From contig JAIFKM010000044.1 in assembly GCA_020049575.1 (NCBI GenBank), forward strand, positions 20,722 to 84,721: a DNA stretch of 64,000 bases. The letters are read 5' to 3'. This DNA is from Desulfobulbaceae bacterium (GTDB taxonomy: Bacteria; Desulfobacterota; Desulfobulbia; Desulfobulbales; Desulfocapsaceae). Below the pieces are notes generated by a model. That model was given only the letters and a program-made list of their open reading frames with translations, ran no database searches and was not told the origin of the DNA. Each line of letters starts with the position of its first letter. Positions within the stretch are counted from its first letter, which is position 1. Positions 40,001 through 49,238 of the stretch are shown here, piece by piece. The translations under genes were made by a program, and so were the position numbers.

Positions 40001-42004
40001 ATGTCAGATCCTTTGTTTGAGTCGCTGCGGATTGGCGGCCTGGAAATTGCAAACCGCATTGCCATGCCGGCCATGCATATGAATATGTGCAGGAATTTCC
40101 AAGTTTCCGATCGTCTGGTCGATTTCTATCGGGAACGTTCGCTCGGTGGTGCCGGCTTGATCTGCGTCGGCTACGCCACGGTGGATGAATATTCCGGTTC
40201 GCCCGGCAATATCGGCTGCCACCATGATGAACAGATTCCAGGTCTTGCCAGACTGGCCGTGGCCATCAGGGATGGCGGGGCCAGGGCGGCGATCCAGCTC
40301 AACCACGCCGGCCGTTACAATCCCTCGTTTTTTCTCGGCGGCAGGCAGGCAGTTGCCCCTTCGGCAGTACCTTCGCGTCTCACCCGGGAGACCCCGAGAG
40401 AGATGGAACTCGCGGAAATCGCCGCAACTATCGAACGCTTTGCCGAGGCGGCGGAGCGGGCTCAAAAGGCTGGTTTTGAGCTGGTCGAAATCCTGGCAGG
40501 CACAGGTTACCTGATCAGCTCTTTTCTCTCGCCGCTGACCAACCGGCGCCGGGATGAGTACGGCGGCAGCCTCGAGAACCGGATGCGTTTCGGACTTGAG
40601 GTCGTCGGCCTAGTGAAACAGCGTCTGGGCCATGATTATCCTCTGGTGGTGCGGGTCAACGGCAATGATTTCATGGAAGGCGGCATCGGTCGTGAGGATC
40701 TGCAGGCCTTCGCGGTTGCCCTTGTGGCGGCCGGGGCCGACGGGCTGTGTATCAATGTCGGCTGGCACGAGGCCGTTGTGCCGCAGATCGTCACCAAGGT
40801 GCCCCGCGGGGTCTATGCCTATCTGGCCCGCGAGATCCGGGAGAAGGTCGCCGTGCCGGTGATCGCCAGTCATCGGATTAACGATCCGGCTACGGCCCGT
40901 CATCTCCTGCGGGAAGGCTTCTGCGATATGGTGGCGATAGGTCGCGGACTCATCGCTGACCCGCTTTTCCCCAAGAAGGCACGAACTGGCCGAGAAGAGC
41001 TGATTGTCCACTGCGTCGGCTGCGGTCAGGGCTGCTTTGACAATATTTTCAAGATGAAGGCGGTTGAATGCCTGTGCAATCCCCGGGCAGGTCATGAATC
41101 TGAAGATACCGCCGAAAAAACGGCGGCAGCCAAGGATGTACTGGTAGTCGGCGGCGGTGCGGCCGGGATGTATGCTGCTGTGGCAGCTGCCGAGCGGGGC
41201 CACCGGGTGGTGCTGCATGAGAAATCGATGCGCCTGGGTGGGCAGCTGCGACTCGCTGGTGCGCCTCCGGGGCGAGGCGAATTCCTCGTCCTGGCCGATG
41301 ACCTCGAACGTCAGTTAGCAGAGCAGGGTGTGCGGGTCGTGCTCAATTCAACTGTCGATAAGGATCTTCTTGAACAGCAGCAGCCAGACGCCCTCATCCT
41401 GGCCACCGGCGGCGAGCCGATTGTACCTCCTATTCCCGGTGCGGATTCTTCCTCGGTGGTGCAGGCCTGGGATATCCTCGCGGGCCGTCGACAGGCAGGT
41501 AGAAGGGTGATTGTGATCGGCGGTGGGGCGGTGGGAGTGGAGACGGCCCTGCTCCTGGCAGAGGAGGGGACGCTGTCGGGGGATGAGCTGAAGTTTCTGC
41601 TGGTCAACGGGGCCGAGTCGCCGGATTCCCTGTACCGTCTTGCGACCCAGGGTGTTCGTGAAATCTGTCTCGTCGAGATGACAGATAAGCTTGGGGCGAA
41701 TTTTGGCAAGACTACCCGCTGGGGCATGCTGCAGGATGTCGAACGTTACGGTATCAAGCAAAGGATGGTGGCTCAAGTGCTTGAGATTTCCGAACAGGGG
41801 GTTCGCCTTGAGCAGGATGGCCAGATAGAGGAAATCGCCGCCGATACCGTTGTATTGGCGGTGGGGACCAGATCCTGTAACCCGCTTGCGCAGGTGGCAG
41901 GCGATCTCGGTATTCCCTGTCAGGTAATCGGTGATGCCGGTAGTCCCGGCACGGTGTTTGAGGCCAGCCATCAGGGTCGGCAGGCCGGGAGGGCGATCCA
42001 GTGA
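40001..42004 (+). CDS. 2,4-dienoyl-CoA reductase-like flavin/Fe-S oxidoreductase (FadH family)
   Basis: OYE barrel (GTGYL, GWHE), CVGCGQGC...C Fe-S motif, GGGAAG and GGGAVG nucleotide-binding loops. Confidence 0.87.
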   Translation: MSDPLFESLRIGGLEIANRIAMPAMHMNMCRNFQVSDRLVDFYRERSLGGAGLICVGYATVDEYSGSPGNIGCHHDEQIPGLARLAVAIRDGGARAAIQLNHAGRYNPSFFLGGRQAVAPSAVPSRLTRETPREMELAEIAATIERFAEAAERAQKAGFELVEILAGTGYLISSFLSPLTNRRRDEYGGSLENRMRFGLEVVGLVKQRLGHDYPLVVRVNGNDFMEGGIGREDLQAFAVALVAAGADGLCINVGWHEAVVPQIVTKVPRGVYAYLAREIREKVAVPVIASHRINDPATARHLLREGFCDMVAIGRGLIADPLFPKKARTGREELIVHCVGCGQGCFDNIFKMKAVECLCNPRAGHESEDTAEKTAAAKDVLVVGGGAAGMYAAVAAAERGHRVVLHEKSMRLGGQLRLAGAPPGRGEFLVLADDLERQLAEQGVRVVLNSTVDKDLLEQQQPDALILATGGEPIVPPIPGADSSSVVQAWDILAGRRQAGRRVIVIGGGAVGVETALLLAEEGTLSGDELKFLLVNGAESPDSLYRLATQGVREICLVEMTDKLGANFGKTTRWGMLQDVERYGIKQRMVAQVLEISEQGVRLEQDGQIEEIAADTVVLAVGTRSCNPLAQVAGDLGIPCQVIGDAGSPGTVFEASHQGRQAGRAIQ

Positions 42005-42519
42005 ACGGTTTCGCCCTTCTGCCGAAGTTGACCGCCCGCGCCAAGAGCTCGAAGGGCTGGCTGAGGCTGCTCAACCTGCTGCTCGGCCGCACCATCCCTT
42101 TCAACCGGCCGCATGGCTTTGTCATCGAGGAGATCAGGGACGACTACCTCCGCACCACCGCCCCCTATCGCCGCAGCAATCACAACCACCTGCGGGGCAT
42201 TCATGCCTGCGCTATTGCCACCATCGCTGAATTTTCCGGCGGCTATCTGCTGCTCAGTCGTCTCGATCCCCGGAAATACAGGCTGATCATGTCGCGTATC
42301 GAGGTCGACTATGTCTACCAGGCGAAGGAACGGATCGTCTCAGAGAGCGTTCTGCCGCAGGAGAGGCTGCGGCTTGAGATCATTGAACCACTGCAGCAGC
42401 AGGAGGCTATCACGATTCAGATGGAGAGCCGGATCAGCGATGTCTCCGGCAATCATATAGCAACCGCCGTCACCATCTGGCAGGTGAAACGCTGGGATCG
42501 GGTGCGGACACAATTATAA
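42001..42519 (+). CDS. DUF4442 / PaaI-like hotdog thioesterase
   Basis: IPFN.PHG and NHNHLRGIHACAIATIAE motifs; GTG start overlaps the upstream stop. Confidence 0.75.
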   Translation: MNGFALLPKLTARAKSSKGWLRLLNLLLGRTIPFNRPHGFVIEEIRDDYLRTTAPYRRSNHNHLRGIHACAIATIAEFSGGYLLLSRLDPRKYRLIMSRIEVDYVYQAKERIVSESVLPQERLRLEIIEPLQQQEAITIQMESRISDVSGNHIATAVTIWQVKRWDRVRTQL

Positions 42520-42572
42520 CGAAAGGAAAGGGCCTCATCTGGCACGCTAAACCTTTGCACAGGAGATTTCCG

Positions 42573-44282
42573 ATGCTGTTGCTGAATCCGAAAAAATACC
42601 AGCGTGAACATGCCGATGAGCGTTCCCGTAAGCTCGTCGAGAAGACCATCGATTTTTTTGAAAAAAAGGGACTCCGAAAGATCAAAGAAGATGATCAATC
42701 GATGATCTGGTACGAAGATTTTCTCGCCTTTATTAAAGAAGAGAAGATCTTTGCCGATCTGCTGACCCCGGCCGCGTACGGTGAAGGGGTGCCGGGCAGG
42801 CGCTGGGATATGTGGCGGATCAGCGAGTTCAACGAAGTTCTGGCCTTTTATGGACTCTGTTACTGGTATGCCTGGCAGGTTACCATCCTCGGGCTCGGAC
42901 CGATCTGGATGGGGAATAACGAAGAAGTCAAGAAAAAGACGGCAGCGCTGCTCGATGCTGGCGGGATCTTTGCCTTCGGTCTGTCCGAAAAAACCCACGG
43001 GGCCGATCTCTACGCAAGCGAGATGATCCTCAGCCCGCAGGCCGACGGCACGTATCTGGCCAACGGCTCGAAATACTATATCGGCAACGGCAACTGTGCC
43101 GCCCTGGTCTCGACGTTTGCCAAGATGACCGGCAGCGGCGAGTATGTGTTCTTCGTGGTCGACCCGCAGGCTCCGCAGTATGAATGTGTCAAGAAAATCA
43201 ACACTTCGGGAGTTCGCCAGGCCTATGTCGCCGAGTATGCTTTGCACGATTATCCGATCACCGTTGCGGACATTCTCTCACACGGTGAGCTGGCCTGGAA
43301 CTCCTCACTCAATACTATCAATATCGGCAAGTTCGAGCTCGGCTGCGCCTCGATCGGTATCTGCACCCACTGTTTCTACGAGGCCCTCAACCATGCCGCC
43401 GACCGCAACCTCTATGGTCGTTTCGTCACCGATTTTCCCCATGTCCAGAGACTTTTCACCGAGGCTTATGCCCGTCTGACGGCGATGAAGCTTTTTGCCC
43501 TGCGGGCCGCTGACTACATGCGGGCGGCAAGCGACGACGACCGTCGTTATCTGCTCTTCAATCCGGTGGTCAAGATGAAGGTCACCGGCCAGGGCGAGAA
43601 GGTTGTCGCCCTGCTGCATGAGGTGATAGCCGCCAAGGGCTACGAGCAGGATACCTATTTCGAGATGGCCCTGCGCGATATCGGCATGCTGCCCAAGCTC
43701 GAGGGTACAGAGCATGTCAACATGGCGCTCATCATCAAGTTCGTGAAGAACTACTTTTTCGAGCCGATAGAGTACCCCGAGGTCATCAGGCGCAGTGAGG
43801 CCGGAGATGACGGGTATCTCTTCCGCCAGAAGACCGGTGGTCTGGCCGGCATACGCTTTCCTCATTACCGGCTGGCTTACAAGAACGTCGAGGGCGGCAA
43901 TGCCGGCATCTTCCAGGAACAGCTTGAGCTGTTCCGCAAGCTGCTGATCACCGCACCGCCATCAGTTGAGCAGGTCAAGAACATCGATTACATGCTGGCG
44001 GCGGGACAGTTGTTCACTCTTGTCGTCTATGCCCAGCTGATCCTCGAGAACGCCAGGATCCATGACACTGACGCCGATCTTCTCGAACAGATATTCGCCT
44101 TTCTGGTGCGGGATTTTTCGGCCTTTGCCCTGCAGATGATCCTGTCCTATGAGAATTCTCCGGAACAGGAAAGCCTTTTCCAGGAAATGATCAAAAAACC
44201 TGGTAAAGATACGGGGAGTTTTAACCGGGTCTGGTCAGAGCAGGTCTTCAGCCTGAGGGACCAGTACCGGATGAATGACTGA
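42573..44282 (+). CDS. Acyl-CoA dehydrogenase
   Basis: AFGLSEKTHGAD, GSKYYIGN and LPKLEGT motifs; RBS AGGAG. Confidence 0.88.
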   Translation: MLLLNPKKYQREHADERSRKLVEKTIDFFEKKGLRKIKEDDQSMIWYEDFLAFIKEEKIFADLLTPAAYGEGVPGRRWDMWRISEFNEVLAFYGLCYWYAWQVTILGLGPIWMGNNEEVKKKTAALLDAGGIFAFGLSEKTHGADLYASEMILSPQADGTYLANGSKYYIGNGNCAALVSTFAKMTGSGEYVFFVVDPQAPQYECVKKINTSGVRQAYVAEYALHDYPITVADILSHGELAWNSSLNTINIGKFELGCASIGICTHCFYEALNHAADRNLYGRFVTDFPHVQRLFTEAYARLTAMKLFALRAADYMRAASDDDRRYLLFNPVVKMKVTGQGEKVVALLHEVIAAKGYEQDTYFEMALRDIGMLPKLEGTEHVNMALIIKFVKNYFFEPIEYPEVIRRSEAGDDGYLFRQKTGGLAGIRFPHYRLAYKNVEGGNAGIFQEQLELFRKLLITAPPSVEQVKNIDYMLAAGQLFTLVVYAQLILENARIHDTDADLLEQIFAFLVRDFSAFALQMILSYENSPEQESLFQEMIKKPGKDTGSFNRVWSEQVFSLRDQYRMND

Positions 44283-44311
44283 AAATCCCTAAGAGGGTAC
44301 GGAGAAAATTT

Positions 44312-45490
44312 ATGGGACATCATCTTGACGGCAAGAGCAGCATTGTACCCCTGGTTGACAGGCTCAACAGGTACCCGATAGGTCTGCCGGACAGCGAGAC
44401 TCTCAGGCAGATTCTGGCCATCCTGTTCTCCGAGGAAGAGGCGTATGTGGCCTCGCGATTTCCGCTGCACGAGGCGACCCTGAAGGAGTTGGCCAGGACC
44501 ACCGGCTGGTCGGAAGACCGATTGCGGCCGACCCTGGACACAATGGCCAACAAGGGCCTGGTGATGGATCTGCACTATAGCGGTAAGACATACTATATGC
44601 TGATGCCCGGACTGATAGGCTTTTTCGAATTCTCTTTCATGAAACAGCGGCAGGACCTGCCGGTGGCCGAACTAGCCCAGCTGATGCACGAGTATCTCTT
44701 CGAAGACCCGGAAAACGCCATGGGTCAGGAATTTTTCGGCAGCCGGACACCACTGACCCGGTCATTGGCCTATGAAGAACATATTCCAGTCCACTCGGCT
44801 GTCACTACCTGGGAGAGCGCCCGCGAGATAATAAAAAAGGCTGGTTATGGGGCTGTCGGCATGTGTTACTGCCGCCATAAAAAAGAACACCTCAATCAGA
44901 GCTGTGACAAGAAGGCCCCCACCAAAGAGATCTGTATTTCTTTAGGCACTGCTGCACGGTTCATGGTCCGCCGCGGTTTTGCTGAGGAGCGTACTGTCGA
45001 CGAACTGTTGGCCGTGATTGACCGGGCTCGGGATCTGCATCTGACGCATATCACCGATAATATCAGGCATAAACCGTCGTTCATATGCAACTGCTGCTCC
45101 TGCTGCTGTGAACTTCTCGGCGGAGTGAACCGGGGATTCCCCAACGGTATTGCCAAGAGCAACTTCACCCTGTCGATCGACCCAGAGACCTGCGTCGGTT
45201 GCGGATTGTGCAAAAAGGCCTGCAATGTGCTGGCCCTGCAAACGGTATCGGTCGAAAACGGTAAAACGAAAAAGCGCATGCAGGTCGACCCTGAATTCTG
45301 CCTGGGTTGCGGTGCCTGCATTTCGGCCTGCCCGACCCATTCACTGAAGCTGGTGCCTGCCAGCCGGCCGGCGGTGCCGGAGAAAAAGCAGGATCTGTTT
45401 ATGCAGATTCTCAAGGAGAAAAAGCGGTTTATGCCTTTTCTTGCCAGTCATATCAAGAAAAAAGTACGACGCGTCCTGCGCCTGTCTTAG
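44312..45490 (+). CDS. Fe-S protein: winged-helix-like N-terminus, Cys-rich core, C-terminal 2x[4Fe-4S] ferredoxin
   Basis: CYCR, CNCCSCCC, CVGCGLCKKAC and CLGCGACISACP motifs. Confidence 0.82.
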   Translation: MGHHLDGKSSIVPLVDRLNRYPIGLPDSETLRQILAILFSEEEAYVASRFPLHEATLKELARTTGWSEDRLRPTLDTMANKGLVMDLHYSGKTYYMLMPGLIGFFEFSFMKQRQDLPVAELAQLMHEYLFEDPENAMGQEFFGSRTPLTRSLAYEEHIPVHSAVTTWESAREIIKKAGYGAVGMCYCRHKKEHLNQSCDKKAPTKEICISLGTAARFMVRRGFAEERTVDELLAVIDRARDLHLTHITDNIRHKPSFICNCCSCCCELLGGVNRGFPNGIAKSNFTLSIDPETCVGCGLCKKACNVLALQTVSVENGKTKKRMQVDPEFCLGCGACISACPTHSLKLVPASRPAVPEKKQDLFMQILKEKKRFMPFLASHIKKKVRRVLRLS

Positions 45491-45558
45491 CAGGCGCCGA
45501 TTCGAGGATACTTCCAGAGTAATTCCCATATATTCACTTATCACCAGGAGAGGATACC

Positions 45559-47214
45559 ATGACAGAGAGAACCTACAGCGCCGGCGAGCCCTACGCTTAC
45601 CCCCTCATTATTAAGAAATTGCTGAATTCGGCCATGGTCAATGCTTCAGACCAGGAAATTGTCTATCGCGGTGAGCAGCGCTATTCCTACCAGGATCTCA
45701 ATGAACGGATTCATCGTCTTGCCGGTGGACTCAGCAGCATAGGGGTAGGGCCGGGAGAAGTTGTAGCGGTCTTCGACTATGACAGTCCTCGCTATCTTGA
45801 ATGTTTTTTTTCCATCCCGATGATGGGGGCGGTCCTGCAGACCGTCAACTGGCGCCTGTCAGCTGATCAGATTGTTTACACCATTAACCATGCTGAGGCA
45901 GCTGTCGTCATAATCAATAGCGATTTCCTGCCGTTGCTCGATGCTATCAGGCCCGCGCTGGTCACAGTCAGAAAATTTATCGTGATCAACGAAGGCGGGA
46001 ACCAGGTGCAGACCGGCCAGAAGTTTGATGGTGAGTACGAGTCAATGCTGGCAAATGCCCCTGCTTGTTACGACTTCCCGGATATGGATGAAAACACCAA
46101 GGCTACCACTTTCTATACCACCGGCACCACCGGAGACCCGAAGGGCGTCTATTTCTCGCATCGACAACTGGTGCTCCACTCCATGTCGCTGGCGATTGCC
46201 GCCGGCAGCTATGACAACGCCGGACGGTTTCGCTCAAATGACGTCTATATGCCCCTGACCCCGATGTTTCATGTTCACGCCTGGGGTGTGCCCTATGTCG
46301 CGACGCTGCTCGGCACGAAACAGGTGTATCCCGGTCGCTACGAGCCGAAAAAGATCCTTGAACTGATCAAATCTGAGAAGGTGACTTTCTCGCATTGTGT
46401 GCCGACGATCCTGCAGATGCTGATGATCGATCCAGCCTGCAAGGAGACTGATTTGTCGAATTGGAAGGTGATTATCGGAGGGGCAAAACTTTCAAGAGGC
46501 CAGGCCAAAGCGGCAATGGATCTCGGTATCACGGTTTTCACCGGCTACGGCATGTCGGAGACTTGTCCGATCATCAGCCTGTCTCTGCCCAAACGCCATA
46601 TGATGGATTGGGATATTGAGCGCAAACTCGACATCATCACCAAGACAGGCACGCCGATTCCTTTGGTGGAATTCGAGGTGGTGGACGAGGAAGACCGACC
46701 CAAGCCGCATGACGGTGCTACCACCGGCGAAGTGGTTTTCCGGGCCCCGTGGCTGACCCAGGGATATTTCAAGTCCGAGGATAAAACCAAAGAGTTGTGG
46801 CGCAACGGCTACCTGCACTCCGGTGATGTCGGTCATATCGATGCCGAGGGCTATCTGCAGATTACCGACCGGATAAAGGATGTGATCAAGACCGGCGGCG
46901 AGTGGATCTGTTCATTGGATCTTGAGAACATCCTCAGTCAGCATGAGGCGGTGCTGGAGTCGGCAGCCATTGGCGTGCCGGATGCCAAGTGGGGCGAGAG
47001 ACCGATAATGATGGTTGTCCTCAAGGATATGTTCAAGAACCAGGTGACGGCCAATGATATCAAGGCCTATATGAAAAAAGCGGTAGATGAAGGCCGGTTG
47101 CCGCGCTACGGTCTGCCCGACAGGATAATCCTGCTTGATGCCCTGCCAAAGACGAGTGTTGGCAAACTCAACAAAAAACAGATGCGTTTGGATTTTTCCT
47201 ACGATATGGAGTGA
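45559..47214 (+). CDS. Medium/long-chain fatty acid-CoA ligase (AlkK-like)
   Basis: FYTTGTTGDPKG, PMFHVHAWG, GYGMSET, DRIKDVIKTGGEW and PKTSVGK motifs. Confidence 0.9.
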   Translation: MTERTYSAGEPYAYPLIIKKLLNSAMVNASDQEIVYRGEQRYSYQDLNERIHRLAGGLSSIGVGPGEVVAVFDYDSPRYLECFFSIPMMGAVLQTVNWRLSADQIVYTINHAEAAVVIINSDFLPLLDAIRPALVTVRKFIVINEGGNQVQTGQKFDGEYESMLANAPACYDFPDMDENTKATTFYTTGTTGDPKGVYFSHRQLVLHSMSLAIAAGSYDNAGRFRSNDVYMPLTPMFHVHAWGVPYVATLLGTKQVYPGRYEPKKILELIKSEKVTFSHCVPTILQMLMIDPACKETDLSNWKVIIGGAKLSRGQAKAAMDLGITVFTGYGMSETCPIISLSLPKRHMMDWDIERKLDIITKTGTPIPLVEFEVVDEEDRPKPHDGATTGEVVFRAPWLTQGYFKSEDKTKELWRNGYLHSGDVGHIDAEGYLQITDRIKDVIKTGGEWICSLDLENILSQHEAVLESAAIGVPDAKWGERPIMMVVLKDMFKNQVTANDIKAYMKKAVDEGRLPRYGLPDRIILLDALPKTSVGKLNKKQMRLDFSYDME

Positions 47215-47237
47215 CAGGGGATTCCCCAGAGCTTTTT

Positions 47238-47271
47238 CTTTCCCGGAGATTGAAAATAATCTTCGGGAAAG
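47238..47271. terminator. Hairpin between the convergent CoA ligase and MerR genes
   Basis: CTTTCCCGGAGATT-GAAAAT-AATCTTCGGGAAAG. Confidence 0.55.
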
Positions 47272-47294
47272 TATATGCCGGGGGGGAAGGGGGG

Positions 47295-47696
47295 CTACAA
47301 CTCGCCCTTTGACAAGAGGTCGGTGATCCGCACCCGGTAATCGACTATGTCCTGGCGCAGTGAAGAGAGGCTGGCGATTTTTTCATCCACCCTGGAGATA
47401 TGCTGGTCGAGGATCTCTATGAGCTTCGGAGTGATGGTATCGAATTTCTGCGCGTTAATGTCGAAGATTTCGGAGAGGTCCTGGATCTCTTTGAGTGAGA
47501 TGCCCATATCTTTTAGTTTGAGGATAAATTTCAGGCGCAGCACTTCTTCCCTGCTGTAGGTCCGGGTCCCGCCTCCAAGTCGTACTGATTTGCCCATAAG
47601 GCCTATTTCTTCGTAGTAGCGGATAGTTCTGGTGGTGATGCCGAGTTTTTTGGCGAGTGCGCCGATCTGGACCGGCTCTATGCTTGTCTGGGGCAT
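47295..47696 (-). CDS. MerR-family transcriptional regulator (LiuR-like)
   Basis: IGALAKKLGITTRTIRYYEEIGL HTH, R.YS....RL..I...K..G.SL.EI and coiled coil; no metal-binding Cys; 133 aa. Confidence 0.88.
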   Translation of the reverse strand: MPQTSIEPVQIGALAKKLGITTRTIRYYEEIGLMGKSVRLGGGTRTYSREEVLRLKFILKLKDMGISLKEIQDLSEIFDINAQKFDTITPKLIEILDQHISRVDEKIASLSSLRQDIVDYRVRITDLLSKGEL

Positions 47697-47818
47697 TGCA
47701 AAATCCTCTGTAGTATCCGCAATCCCTCATGCTCTGGGTTGCGGCGTGCCCGATGAAGATGGGGCTTTCCTGGTCTGTCTGCGGGTAGGAGCATAGTAAG
47801 TTTTCTCGAGCGCGAGAA

Positions 47819-47840
47819 TTTACCTTTACGTAATGTTGTA
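47819..47840. promoter_or_regulatory. MerR/LiuR-type operator (site 2, upstream of the regulator)
   Basis: TTTACCTTTACGTAATGTTGTA. Confidence 0.62.
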
Positions 47841-47947
47841 ATTTACCATAGCATGTGATTTAACCTCCTGTCAAATGAAATTAAATTTAAAATTGTTCCT
47901 TTATTTGAGTATTTATGCTGCAAGAATGGATGCCGGCTGAAAATATC

Positions 47948-47976
47948 TTGACCCTTACGTAAACATTAGATATATA
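47948..47976 (+). promoter_or_regulatory. Sigma70 promoter overlapped by MerR/LiuR-type operator (site 3)
   Basis: TTGACC-17 nt-TATATA; operator TTGACCCTTACGTAAACATTAG. Confidence 0.68.
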
Positions 47977-48035
47977 GACAAAAGGCGATCATGATCAGGC
48001 TGGGCATTATCGAGAAGTCTTTAAGGGAATAGATT

Positions 48036-49181
48036 ATGAATTTTGAGTTGACCGAAGAGCAGCGGCTTATCCGTGATATGGTTCGCAGTTTTGCCGAAAA
48101 AGAATTGGCGCCCTCTGCCAGGGAGCGGGATGAAGAGGAGCGCTTCGATCGGCAACTGATGTTTGCCAGTCTCGCCGAACTCGGCCTGACCGGTATTGTC
48201 TTTGCCGAACAATATGGCGGGGCGGGAGCCGACTATATAAGCTACGCGATTGCAGTCGAGGAACTGTCACGGGTCTGCGCTTCAACCGGTGTAACTCTTT
48301 CGGCTCACCTTTCGCTTGGCGCCAACCCGATCAATCTCTTCGGGACCGAGGAGCAGAAACAGACATTCCTCGTACCGCTGGCCACCGGTGAAAAGATGGG
48401 GGCCTTCGGTCTGACTGAGCCCTCGGCTGGGTCCGATGCCGGCGGCACACGGACCTCAGCGGTTCGCGACGGAGACGGATGGATTGTCAACGGTACGAAG
48501 ATATTTATCACCAATGCCGGCGAGGCGGATATCTATATCGTCTTTGCTCGTACCGATAAGAATGCGGAAAAACATCACGGAATCAGTGCTTTTATTATTG
48601 AAAAGGGGACACCTGGTTTTTCTTTTGGTAAAAAGGAAAAGAAGATGGGGATCCGTTCCTCACCGACGATGGAACTGATCTTTGATGCCTGCCGAATTCC
48701 GGCTGCCAATTTGCTCGGCAGTGAAGGACAGGGATTCGCGGTGGCCATGAAGACGTTGGACGGTGGCCGCATCGGCATTGCCTCGCAGGCGTTGGGAATA
48801 GCCCAGGGAGCACTTGATATAGCTGTGAAATACGCCAGAGAGCGAGTCCAGTTTGGGTCAGCCATCAGCCGCTTTCAAGGGGTGCAGTTTCAACTCGCCG
48901 ATATGGCTACACAGACCGAGGCCGCGCGGTTGATGGTCTACCAGGCAGCCTACCGGGCCAGCAATGGTCTGCCGTATTCCCAGCAATCGGCCATGGCTAA
49001 ACTGATGGCCAGCGAGACTGCTATGAAGGTCACCACCCAGGCCGTGCAGATTCTCGGCGGTTACGGATACACTCGTGATTTTCCCGTCGAGAGGATGATG
49101 CGTGATGCGAAAATTACTGAGATCTATGAAGGGACGAGTGAGATACAACGTCTGGTCATTGGCACGGCCCTGACCCGCTGA
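48036..49181 (+). CDS. Short-chain (butyryl-type) acyl-CoA dehydrogenase
   Basis: [28 protein letters not shown] and [11 protein letters not shown] motifs. Confidence 0.93.
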   Translation: MNFELTEEQRLIRDMVRSFAEKELAPSARERDEEERFDRQLMFASLAELGLTGIVFAEQYGGAGADYISYAIAVEELSRVCASTGVTLSAHLSLGANPINLFGTEEQKQTFLVPLATGEKMGAFGLTEPSAGSDAGGTRTSAVRDGDGWIVNGTKIFITNAGEADIYIVFARTDKNAEKHHGISAFIIEKGTPGFSFGKKEKKMGIRSSPTMELIFDACRIPAANLLGSEGQGFAVAMKTLDGGRIGIASQALGIAQGALDIAVKYARERVQFGSAISRFQGVQFQLADMATQTEAARLMVYQAAYRASNGLPYSQQSAMAKLMASETAMKVTTQAVQILGGYGYTRDFPVERMMRDAKITEIYEGTSEIQRLVIGTALTR

Positions 49182-49238
49182 GGGCAAAGACGACGATCAA
49201 CGCCGTCGTTTGAGTGAAATCCGGAAATGGAGAACGAA

